Shown: positions 52,685-64,000 of the stretch, one piece after another | Position numbering within the stretch: position 1 is the first letter of the stretch | Layout of the letters: each line of letters starts with the position of its first letter | NCBI RefSeq assembly: GCF_006345805.1 | Contig: NC_043000.1 | Span: forward strand, 30,318,001-30,382,000 | Length of the DNA stretch: 64,000 nucleotides | Reading direction: 5' to 3' | DNA from: Octopus sinensis | Lineage: Eukaryota | Notes under the pieces: generated by a model | The model's input: only the letters and a program-made list of their open reading frames with translations | Told to the model about the DNA's origin: nothing | Database searches by the model: none | Position numbers and translations under genes: made by a program

Positions 52685-53075
52685 ATACTCAGTGTAGAAA
52701 TTGACATAAATCAATTAAAACCAGTAGCTTAGTATATTAAAAAATCCGAAGATTAAAAATTGTGTTACATACAAAATTAAAAGAAATGGCCACTAAAGTG
52801 GACACCTAATATGCTAAACATAGACGTCAAATCGCCATTACCACGAAGAATATGTTCTCAAGAAAAATCGCAGCAAAACGCCAAAATGTAAAAAGGTGCA
52901 AGACAAATGGAAATATACGAAATAAAAAACGATTACCTACGTACCAATGGTTTCACTTGTTAATATCTACATATGCAAACACGCAGATATCTGCAAGAAC
53001 GTGGTAATGGTGATTTGACATCTATGTTTAGCATATTAGGTATCCACTGTAGTGGTCATTCCTATTAATTTTGTA
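52675..53075. mobile_element. Family G foldback element in (TA)n, with 76-bp inverted arms
   Basis: Arms at 52770-52845 and 53000-53075 are highly similar; homologous to 13610-13820. Confidence 0.8.
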
Positions 53076-53089
53076 TACATATATATATA

Positions 53090-53144
<55 letters not shown>

Positions 53145-53151
<7 letters not shown>

Positions 53152-53478
53152 AAATACAAAATGGGAAACGAACGCAAAACGTCCGGACAACTAGGTAATA
53201 CAAAAGGGACAACAAAACATCCAGATAGACGATATAAAAAAACACGGACGGGTCATTCGAAGCCTTTTATCTTCAATCAAGATCCGGATCATCCTCGCAA
53301 TTTCGGCTGATTAATCTTGAGTTTGCTCCAATCTGGCCAACCCCAAGGAAGAACTAAGCTAAGAGCATTAGATTCCTTGGAGAAAAGCATCGAATGTATA
53401 TGAAACAAGGACGGAAAAACGGACGATGTTACACGAATATAAATACAAAAATAATACTAAAAAACAATAATATATATT
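53145..53478 (-). mobile_element. (TA)n-flanked repeat resembling a PLE pseudo-LTR
   Basis: Begins at a (TA)n edge and contains the GATCCGGATC palindrome. Pyrimidine-rich 3' part resembles that of the 38480-38700 segment. Confidence 0.4.
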
Positions 53479-53934
53479 CCATTGAGAATTATTTTGCTGT
53501 AGTTTTGGTTCGAGAAAATAATCTCTTCGTAGAATTACTGTTAAAACCGCTGTATATATTAGGAACAAAAGGAAGAATCATTCCAGTATCGCTTCATGAG
53601 CACACCGTATGCATTTGGTCCTCCTGGGCCTTGTCATTGACATGTACTCGCTAATCCCTTGCCTGGTATAATTGATAGATATCTATTTGAATTTCAGTTG
53701 AATCGAATGTTATCTCAGTTTTATTCTAAGCAGCGACTACTTGCAATATCAATTTATAACTTATTCCCTGTTTTTAATGTACAGGAGAGAGACGGAGAGG
53801 AATTCGTCCGGGTATCTAATAAGCAGGTATGCGTCATTGACATAACGACGAAGGATTCTGGTCTCGCTCCGATATATTTATATCGTGCTTTTAACACCGC
53901 ATGTTTACCAAGGGATGTTTTCTCGGACGAAAAT

Positions 53935-54305
53935 TGGCTTTAATCCTTTCGGGGTCGATAAACTAAGTACCAGTTGCGTACTGAGGTCGATCTAATCGAG
54001 TGGTCCCCACTCCCCCAAACTTTCCGGCCTAGATTAGAAAAGGATTTTGCCTGCCCACCGCCTTACACATAATAATAATAATCATTACATCTATAAGCAC
54101 AGGGCCTGAAATTTTAATTGTGTGTGTGGGGTGGTCGTGGTGGTCGTGGTCGTGATCGTCGTGGTGGTGGTGGTATTAGCTGGTCGACTACATCAACCCA
54201 GTACTGAGCTGGTACTTATTTTATCGAAACTGAAACAATGAAAGTTAATGTCAACCCCCGATGCAATTTGAAAATACGGCCGAAATGCCGCTAAACATTT
54301 TAACG
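53935..54305. mobile_element. Two convergent SINE family C fragments
   Basis: 53935-54050 (+) and 54180-54305 (-) share the ATCCTTTCGGGGTCGAT..AAGTACCAG domain. Confidence 0.65.
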
Positions 54306-54338
54306 ATAAAATTGTAATAATAATTATTATTATTATTG

Positions 54339-54410
<72 letters not shown>

Positions 54411-54432
54411 TAATAATAATGATAATAATAAC

Positions 54433-54488
<56 letters not shown>

Positions 54489-54502
54489 TAATAATAATAA
54501 TG

Positions 54503-55267
<765 letters not shown>

Positions 55268-55491
55268 CAACAACAACAACAACATATTGATTCTGTTCAA
55301 AATTAATATTTCGTAGGCCAGCAGCTATTCACTTTTTCATTAATCTGAGGATGCGGACGTGTTCTGCGCCCGCGCAAAGTCAAACAGTATGGAGGCGGTT
55401 CAAAATTTTTATGAAATATACGGAAGAGTTCATAGGTAATAATGTCAGCGCCATAAATCCATGTTGATATTATTCATTCATATACATCCAT

Positions 55492-55557
<66 letters not shown>

Positions 55558-55640
55558 TATATATATATAAATAAATATATATAAATAAATATATATACAT
55601 ATACATATGTATATGTACATAGATGTATATATATATACAT

Positions 55641-55688
<48 letters not shown>

Positions 55689-56146
55689 CATATATATATA
55701 TATACATACATATATATACAAACATGCACAGACGCACATGCATGCGCAAAAGGTATATGTGCATTGTCTATGTGAAAATTTGAAATATTTACTGTTTAGT
55801 AAATGCACAGATGTAATACATGTCCGTTGAATTATTCTACCGAAAATCCTCCTAAAATTCTTCTTATATCTCATTAAACCAGAATAATAGATAAGTAGTC
55901 GCACCCTCGTGACTAGGGCACCATGGAAGAAAATATTACTTTGTTAAAGTTGGTAACTTCCACAGCAAAAAATGAATGTTTTTCTGGGTTTTTTTCTTTT
56001 CTTTAAATTTTAACTATTGTGGAACGTTACCCAAGTAGTTCTTTGTAAAATAGCAATAGAGAGAGAACAAAACACCCATTTTCATATTGTCGTTATTGAA
56101 TTAGGACCCACCAAATGCATTATTTAAATTCTTTATTAACGTGGAT

Positions 56147-56310
56147 ATAGGTGCAGGTATGGCAGGTAAGAAATTTGCTTCCTAACCACATAGATCCGGG
56201 CTCAATCGCACTGCACAGTATCTTCGTCAAGAGTCTCCTGCTATAGCTTTCGGCCGACCAAAGCAAAGCCCTGTGGGGGCGTTTAGCAGAGGGAAACTGA
56301 AAGAAGCCCG

Positions 56311-56348
<38 letters not shown>

Positions 56349-56540
56349 TATATATTACGTGTTTGTGTGAGTATTTGTGCGTGTGTATGTGTCTGTGTTT
56401 GTCCCCTAGCAATATTCCCCTTTTGACAACCGGTGCAGCTCTCCTTGCCGCTCCATGACATAGCAGTTCGGCAAAAGAGACTAGTAAAATAAGTACTAGA
56501 CTTAATAAGAAAACGTTCTGGGGTCGATTCATTCCACTTA
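56147..56540 (+). mobile_element. SINE family A
   Basis: Head, internal (TA)n and body up to GGGGTCGATT. Confidence 0.8.
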
Positions 56541-56630
56541 AACTCTGTTTAATTCTCAAGAAGCTATCGCTCCACTAATGGACCAATGAAATACTTTCAA
56601 CTGTAATGTTCGCCCACCAAAATCATCATA

Positions 56631-56779
56631 TTCTTTTCTTTCAGTCATTTGACTGCGGCCATGCTGGAGCAAATTGACCCCAGGACTTATTCTTTGTAAT
56701 CCTAGTACTTATTCTATCGGTCCCTTTACCGAACCGTTGTCAAGCGATGTTGGGTGGGGGGACAAACACAGACACACAA

Positions 56780-56810
<31 letters not shown>

Positions 56811-56963
56811 CATACATTCGACGGAATTCTTTCAGTTTCTGTCTACCTAATCCACTCACAAGGCTTTGGTCGCCAGGAGGCTTTAGCATAAGACACGTGC
56901 CCAAGGTGCCACACAGTGGGACTGAACCCAGAACCTTCTAACGTCACAGCCACTCCAGCGCCT
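56631..56963 (-). mobile_element. SINE family A (internally deleted)
   Basis: Collinear with 27208-27601. Confidence 0.85.
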
Positions 56964-57057
56964 AAATATGTGAATGAATCTTTGACAATTCTAAATTTAT
57001 CTTTCTATTTGTGGGTGAGGATACTTTTCCATATGTCTTAACACACATACATACACG

Positions 57058-57427
57058 CTCCGGTTTCAGGCCCACTGCGTGCCACCTTGGGCAGCTGTCT
57101 TCTGCAATAGACTTGGCCCAACCAAACCGTGTGGGTGGGTTTGGTAGACGGAAACTAAAAGAAGCCCGTCGTACACACACACACACACACATATATGAAT
57201 ATATTTGTGTGTGTATGTGTTTATGTTTGTCTCTCCACCATCGTCTGACAACAAATGATGACGTGTTTATTTCTCCGTAACATAGCAGTTCGGCTAAATG
57301 AACCAATAGAATAAGTACTAGATATACAAAGAATTAGTCCTAGGGGCGATTTCGTCGACTAACACCCTTTAAGGCGGTGCTCCAGCATGGCCGCAATCAA
57401 ATGACTGAAACAAGTAGACGAATAAAA
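57058..57427 (+). mobile_element. SINE family A (5' clipped)
   Basis: Body and complete tail GGCGGTGCTCCAGCATGGCCGCAATCAAATGACTGAAAC. Confidence 0.85.
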
Positions 57428-58899
57428 CAATATATATTAGCCTTGTTATATTCGCAGTTATTGATGCCGTCTGTTAACTAAATATTTATTTGTACTTCCA
57501 TTTCTTTTCATCCTTTAACTCTGAATTTTATTATTGTCTTATTTTTTGTGCTATTTCTTTGTTTTTGCTTAATAAATCACAAGGTTAAGATAACAAATAG
57601 GATTTTTATATCGTTTATTCATAAATGTTATAATCTCATTTATATTTATTTACAAATATGTTGTGGTGTTTTTGACATAGCGACTAATATATCTACAACA
57701 ATACAAATCTAATTCAGTTGCTGAACTGTTACTTTTAAAGGTGTTCTGGACAGAGCTGTTATTATTAGCCCGATAATATAAAGCTTAGAATCACTTGATT
57801 TTTTATTTCACGCGTCTCATGCACGTGCTACGATTCTCGTTACCTTTTTGAGTTCTTTTTATAGTAAATCAGCATGGAAGTTTACATACCTCAAAGAAAA
57901 CATCGAAACTTCGGGCAGTTTAATATCATTAGCTCTGATTTATAATAAAATTAAACACAGTATCATGAAAATTCAAATTCATTATAATTTTTTTATTAAA
58001 TATTTTATTTCAAATTTTGTTTCTCAATAAATTTAATTCAGAATATAATAGCGCTAATTGAATGAAATATCTCTCGGTGATTTTAAATATAAAGTTAATG
58101 CATTTAATCTTTAGGTCCACCTCCTTGATGCACAGCTGCAAAAAAATGTAGTTTCCAATTTTACTTATCAGAATAAATATTCGTGATGCTTATATAGAGA
58201 GTTATATATTAAATGCACCCTTAATCCATTAATGTATACCATCGAACAATCAGATAGAATATTACAATCAATGTAATTTTTATTTCGTTCTTAACAGACT
58301 TTTTCTTTGAGTTTTTAAAATGAATTTTCAATATGATCAAATGCTTCTAATCAAATGGTTCAAATGCAAATGAATTATAGCAGTGTGTATCAGAAAGTAC
58401 TTAAAATATGTACTTAGAATTTTGCCGGTCATTTAGGTCACTGATATGGCCATCACATATAATCGACTGACATAGCTCAGTCATGTGTTAGCATACATAT
58501 AGTCAATAAGGAAGACTTTTCTTCCCTAGACAATTTTTTCAGCATTTGTCTATCCATATCCGAGTGTACACACACGTGTTAATTACAATTGTAAACAACT
58601 AAAATTTCAACCAACACTGTTTCATAATATTCTACTAAATTAATTCCATATTGGCCGAAGTTGCCAAACTCAGCAACTGTAAAATTTGCCGTATCAATAC
58701 CAGTATTTCTTACTCAGCTATTAAAAACCCATTCGGTGTCAGTAGTTGAGGAAGCGTAATTACCATCTGATGCCATCTTCCTTCGCTCAGTAATATGTTT
58801 TTATACACATTCTGTATAAGTAGAATATTTACAATTTCCACAGCAAATATCTTTCCATGTCCAAGAACACACAAACGTCTTAAGTATAGTCACACACAC

Positions 58900-60040
58900 T
58901 CATACATATACATGTGTGTTGTTTGTGTGTCTGTTTCCTTCATGCCATCTGATGTAGCTTTTTAAATCAGACAATGTTTTGAAAAGACACCCACATAGAT
59001 TGCCTATTCGATTTGGACCACCAAGAACTGCAGATAAGTTCTGATTTTTGTGAATCTTAAAATCCCTTTTGAGGCGTCCGTTAGATTTGCAAACCTTCTG
59101 GCTTACATTGCATTGAAAGGTATGCACAGACACATAGGCAGAATAGTTGGTGGAAGTTCGTTTTCCATGGGTTAGCAAATGAGATTTAAGCCCAGGTTTA
59201 CGCTGATACCGTTTCCCCTCTGCAAGATAACCATAAAACAGCTGTTTGGACGTGCATTTATCCGCCATTCGAACACTATGGCAACACCAACTCATTTGGT
59301 TTCTCAAAATCATCGCTTTAATTGAGGTGATGCCTGCAGATGCAAAAACATCTGTGTTTGGAGTAAAAGAAATCCATTTAATGTTCAAAATGCGATGAAG
59401 GAATTTTTGGTGGAATGTAAGACGTCTTTTATAACATGTCCATGTTTTACAAGAATACAACAGGGATGGTAAGACAAATGATTTGTAAAGAGCCAACTTT
59501 GAAATGTTATTAATATATCGCTGGCGCTAAACGCGTGACTCCAAGCCATCAAATGCTTGTGTTGTCCTTTGAATTCGCAGATGTATTTCTGTACCTAAAT
59601 TTCCATGATTTTGTACAGAGCTTCCAAGGTAGATGAACAAATCAACAACCTCAAGTAATTTACTCTTCACAAAAATTTTAGCAGTTTTTAAAAGCAGCAC
59701 CATATGCAGATTGATACATTACAACTGTTTTTTGTTTGTTTTTTTTCATGTTGATGGTCAAACCAAAATCATGACAAGCTGAGTAAAATGCAAATACAAG
59801 AGATTGCAGACCTGTTTCATGATAATTGACAAGATCACAATCGTCAGCGTATAATAGTTCTCTAATGTGTGAACTAAAAACCTTCGGTTTGAATTTCAGT
59901 CTAGTCAGGTTAAAAAATTCCCTGTTGTTCGATATTTTGTGTAAATACAACGTGTGACAACACAACAGCAAAGTATATTGCAAAGAGAGTTTATGCATCA
60001 ATGCTTTACTCCATTTTTCACGGTGAAAGATTCAGAGCGT
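58900..60040 (-). mobile_element. RTE-clade LINE, 3' part
   Basis: SESFTVKNGVKH, FFNLTRL..RELLYADDCDLV, FGLTINMKK, LYKSFVLPSLLYSCKTW and KQLFYGYLAEGKR. Stops and frameshifts. Confidence 0.88.
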
Positions 60041-60552
60041 CTACCGCCAAAATTAACAATAAGTCTCCAGAGTCTGATGGAATCTATGCAGAAGTTTTGA
60101 AATATGGGGGAGATAAAATAACACTTAAATATATTAATTTTACACTGTTGGAGAACTGAGACAGTGCCTCAAGCCTGGATTGATGCCATTTTAGTCTCCT
60201 TGTATAAATCGGGGCCAAAGGATCTGTGTGGTAATTTTCGTGGGATTTCGCTTTTGTCTGTGATTGGAAAGGTACTTGCCCGCATTTTGTTAGAACGTTT
60301 AAATACCTTCATAGTTCCAAATACAGTGTCTGAGTATCAGAGTGGTTTTTGCTCTTCCAGGCGTACAGCTGATTGTATCTTTAGTATCAGACAACTGCAA
60401 GAAAAATGCATTGAACAGAAAATTGTCCTATACCATTGCTTTATTGATTTGAGCAAAGCATTTGATACTGTTAATCAAAATGCTCTGTGACTAATTCTAC
60501 GGAAAATAGGTTGGCCACAAAAAATTGTAAATATGATTAGGGCTTTCATCAA
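60041..60552 (+). mobile_element. RTE-clade LINE, upstream RT segment in inverted orientation
   Basis: NKSPESDGIYAEVLKYG, NFRGISLLSVIGKVLARIL, YQSGFCSSRRTADCIF and FIDLSKAFDTV..MIRAFHQ. Confidence 0.88.
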
Positions 60553-60561
60553 TATATATAT

Positions 60562-60624
<63 letters not shown>

Positions 60625-60689
60625 GTGTGCGTGTGTGTGTGTGACGCATGCGTACGAACTGCCATGCTACATAGTGGTAAAACATCGGC

Positions 60690-60989
60690 CGTGACTTCTG
60701 AGAAGACGCGACAAGCCAAGTGTGACCATAGCCCGTGGCCTATGCCAGTGGGTGTAACCATCCTACATATGAGCACCCTTCACTCATTGGACAATAAACC
60801 TTGCTTGCGAAAATCAAAATCGCTGACGTGGCCGATGACAGTACCACCTGATTGGCAATCGTGCCAGTGGAACGTTACAAGCATATCCTAGCGTAATCGT
60901 TGCCAGGGGCACGGATTGGCTCCCGTGCCGGTGGCACGTAAAAGCACCAACTGCACGCTCGGAGTGGTTGGCGTTCGGAATGGCATCCA
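60690..60989 (+). mobile_element. SINE-like / RTE-UTR-like repeat
   Basis: CGTGCCGGTGGCACGTAAAAGCACC..GGAGTGGTTGGCGTTCGGAATGGCATCCA, a motif I recognise from RTE-associated repeats (from memory, not verified). Confidence 0.55.
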
Positions 60990-61169
60990 TCAGGGTGTGA
61001 TGATCCCTGCTGTACTCATTCACCACCCTTACTCTCACTCTTTCTTCTGTTGGCCTGCTCGCTTAGCCAGCGGGGTGGCGTCATTCGAAGGCTAAAACAA
61101 TGCGAACGCATTGTGACCAGCGATGTGTAGCAACAGCTGATGGCCTGGTCGGTCACGTGATCACGTGAG

Positions 61170-61202
<33 letters not shown>

Positions 61203-61208
61203 CACAAA

Positions 61209-61309
<101 letters not shown>

Positions 61310-61320
61310 GTATATATATA

Positions 61321-61785
61321 CTACTAATATAGGATGAAGTTTTTTTCTCTACAGAAAAAATTCCATCAAGAAATGTGGCAGCATATTAAAATACTTTTAC
61401 GGTTAAAATTATAAACAACTTATAAGTAAGGGCTAAAGAAAATTATTTCAAAGCCAATATGCTGATAACAGACTATTAAATCGTCAATTTCCACATATAA
61501 TCTACTCGCTACACCAACATTTTTCCATGGGCGCATGTATCTTATTTATATTCTCTCGTAAGCTCTACTGAAGAGGAATAAATCTTTTATGAGATTAATT
61601 CCGAAATTGATTCAATATAGAGATAACGAATTTTAAAAAATTCGAACGGCCAGCTTGCCCGACTTCAGTTCTTCGATTTTTTGGCTGTAGCGAGTAGATT
61701 ATATGTGGAAATTGACGATTTAATAGTCTGTTATCAGCATATTGGCTTTGAAATAATTTTCTTTAGCCCTTACTTATAAGTTATG
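61321..61785 (+). mobile_element. (TA)n-embedded foldback element carrying an intact hammerhead
   Basis: Perfect 97-bp inverted repeat at 61417-61513 / 61686-61782; (TA)n on both flanks. Confidence 0.8.
61563..61622 (+). ncRNA. Canonical type I hammerhead ribozyme (predicted cleavage AUA^ after 61617)
   Basis: Stem I CUCUA/UAGAG; core CUGAAGA; stem II GGAAU/AUUCC plus AAUCU/AGAUU; GAAA; stem III AUUG/CAAU with AUU loop. All conserved core positions are present. Confidence 0.88.
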
Positions 61786-61819
61786 CATATATATATATAT
61801 GTATATATATATATTTATA

Positions 61820-61870
61820 TTTTCATCTAGTTTCAGCTCATGAGCTGTGGCCATGCTGGGGCACCGCCAT
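61820..61870 (-). mobile_element. 3'-tail-only fragment, twin of 2363-2410
   Basis: Reverse complement ATGGCGGTGCCCCAGCATGGCCACAGCTCATGAGCTGAAACTAGATGAAAA. Confidence 0.75.
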
Positions 61871-61923
61871 ATATATATTATTCATATTATCATCTAATTG
61901 AACGCCACGCATCCATTTCCAAG

Positions 61924-61974
<51 letters not shown>

Positions 61975-62300
61975 AGACCTGGCCCCCGTACTATCCGTTC
62001 TCTACAAAAATCGAACTCGAGACAAATAATAACATTGTCCATCTCTCTTTAATACCTTACCAATATACGTGAAAATGAAAACGGATCCCATAATATTCAA
62101 AAGTTCTCTGAACAAATATTTTCTCCTAAATCCCGGACCGACCTCCTACACCCGGATAAGTTTCCAACAATAATAACTCTTTGTTAGAGTGGGCCATGGT
62201 GCCTCATATATGACTAAAAGATTTCACCAGTTGGTGCTGTTAAGTTAGACTTGGCCTGGGCCTATACTGGCCGAAACCTATCAAAGTTATCAAAGTTATA
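61975..62300 (+). mobile_element. 3' end of a CR1/L2-group LINE (same family as 35470-35815)
   Basis: LFNTLPIYVK..FKSSLNKY..IPDRPPTPG*..NSLLEW; UTR GGTGCTGTTAAGTTAGAC..GAAAC..(CAAAGTTAT)2. Confidence 0.75.
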
Positions 62301-62334
62301 TATATATTTATATATGTATGTGTGGGTGGGGGTG

Positions 62335-62365
<31 letters not shown>

Positions 62366-62377
<12 letters not shown>

Positions 62378-62525
62378 CCGGAGTAAGCACATGAATGCGA
62401 AACAAGGTGGAATAAATGGTACTCGAATACCATAGGTAGAGTAATATTCTTTATTAAAAAGCAGCAGAAATATCACGAAAGCTCTTACCCAGAGTTTCAC
62501 GTTCCCGGTCGTCGGACAGTTTTGT
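62366..62525 (-). mobile_element. (TA)n-embedded 160-bp element with degenerate hammerhead-like motif
   Basis: Minus strand at 62478-62523: AAAACUGU-CCGACGA-CCGGGAACGU-GAAAC-UCUGG-GUA-AGAGCUUU. Confidence 0.5.
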
Positions 62526-64000
62526 ATATATATATGTAAATACATATATGTATATACACACGCGCACACACAGACGCACATCTAAAATTCAATGTAAACA
62601 GTATAAAGATAAGAGCGACAATTAGTTTCTCGTTGTGAGCTACATAATATATATATATATATATACGTACGTATGTATGTATGTATGTATGTATGTATGT
62701 ACGTATGTATGTATGTATGTATGTATGTATGTATGTATGTATGTATGTATGTATGTATATATGTATATATGTATATGTGCTTGTATGTGTGTATGTGTGT
62801 TTGTGTGTTGCAGTTGATGTTTTGGGGATTTTTTGGTTTTTGTTTTTCTAAGCTGTTGTTATTCAATGCTAGGTCAGTAATGATCTCGTAGATCTATGAT
62901 CAAAGTTATATCTGCCACGTTCCGCCAGTCTTTGTAGAAATGGCGTATCTAGAATTATATTTTCCATAGATTTATTCGCTTTATTCTAAACTTTATTCTT
63001 CACATTTGATCGAGATTTGCAGACATCTGACTTGCTGAGCGAATACGAACTGACTCCTTCGTTTGTTCCTGTACTTGATAACTGCATTGTTACTCTGATA
63101 TAGCGAGTTCGAATACGTCTCAGAGTCTGGCTGGCAAATTGATTTTCTCTGCCATGTTGACTTGTCTTGAATAAACTTATATCACTCATGTTTCAGATGT
63201 TTTAGATGTGACGTGCTTTCATGTGTACGCAAAGAATTACGCCATCAAACATGCCATGATGTAATTCCACTTAAATTAAAAAGAAAAAAACGAAACAAAT
63301 ATGTAAATAAAGATACGAATTCTCCCATTTAATGAAAAGTGACTCAAAAAGACTACATCCTTTGAAAGCAAAGAAAAGCAAAGTTTTCAAACTGAGAAAT
63401 AATTTCTACGTTGCTGAAAAGTTGAAAGAATTGGATAATCATTTATATTTGATATAAATGAAGTAATTTCTTTAGTTTGTATTGAACTATTAAGGAAAAT
63501 AATTATCTTGTTAAGTCGTGTAGAAACAGAAAGTAAATAATAGTCTGCTATTAGAGAGCAAAAACTTTTGCTTTCGTCGGTGTTTTTCATGTAATTTCCG
63601 CTACATTTTAGACGTAGTTCAACCGTTTCACACGTACTTTGATAATACCTTGTAAACCATATCCACCTCTTCGCTATAATTGAATATTTCATTACAGTGA
63701 ATTGTTTTTAAGTTTGTTTACTTATATGCATTTTCTCCTTTTAATGTCCGTAGAAATGAAAAAAAAAACTAAAAATGAAAACCTCAGATTTTCTCTTTCA
63801 AGTTTCCTCCTTGTTTATGCTAACACAAATTAATAGGCACTCATTACAACGACAATATCTATAAAAAAAGTGCTAATTGCATGGAACACAAAGACACTTT
63901 GCTGTGATCATATTCTTAACATAGGTTCCACGTCTTTTTTCTCGCTTCAAGATCCAATCTTAACTCTTGTGCTTTCAACTGACAATCATGTACGCTTTTA

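Noticed and set aside
62986-63189. 67-aa ORF with IRTRYIRVTM, superficially discoidin-like
   Set aside because: The motif is too short, there is no supporting splice structure, and alternative frames look equally peptide-like.

Overview
AT-rich, microsatellite-saturated animal genomic DNA. The SINE families and repeat style suggest an Octopus-like cephalopod (inference). No host protein-coding gene can be supported with confidence, and nearly all listed ORFs are microsatellite translations. The window is a nested mobilome: four families of tRNA-derived SINEs; four RLE-type non-LTR pieces (three of them R4/Dong-like and sitting in (TAA)n tracts); two Penelope-like elements (PLEs, RT + GIY-YIG); an RTE LINE with an internal inversion; two CR1-like 3' ends; a Tc1/mariner remnant and a mariner MITE; a MITE with an 8-bp TSD and telomere-like repeats; and non-autonomous Helitrons. 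The most striking signal is a set of about eight hammerhead-ribozyme (HHR) motifs from at least five unrelated short microsatellite-embedded elements. One is a fully canonical type I hammerhead (61563-61622) sitting in the loop of a perfect 97-bp inverted repeat. Another family couples a tRNA-like Pol III head, a (TAA)n spacer and a minimal hammerhead, and one copy of it has been split by an R4/Dong insertion.
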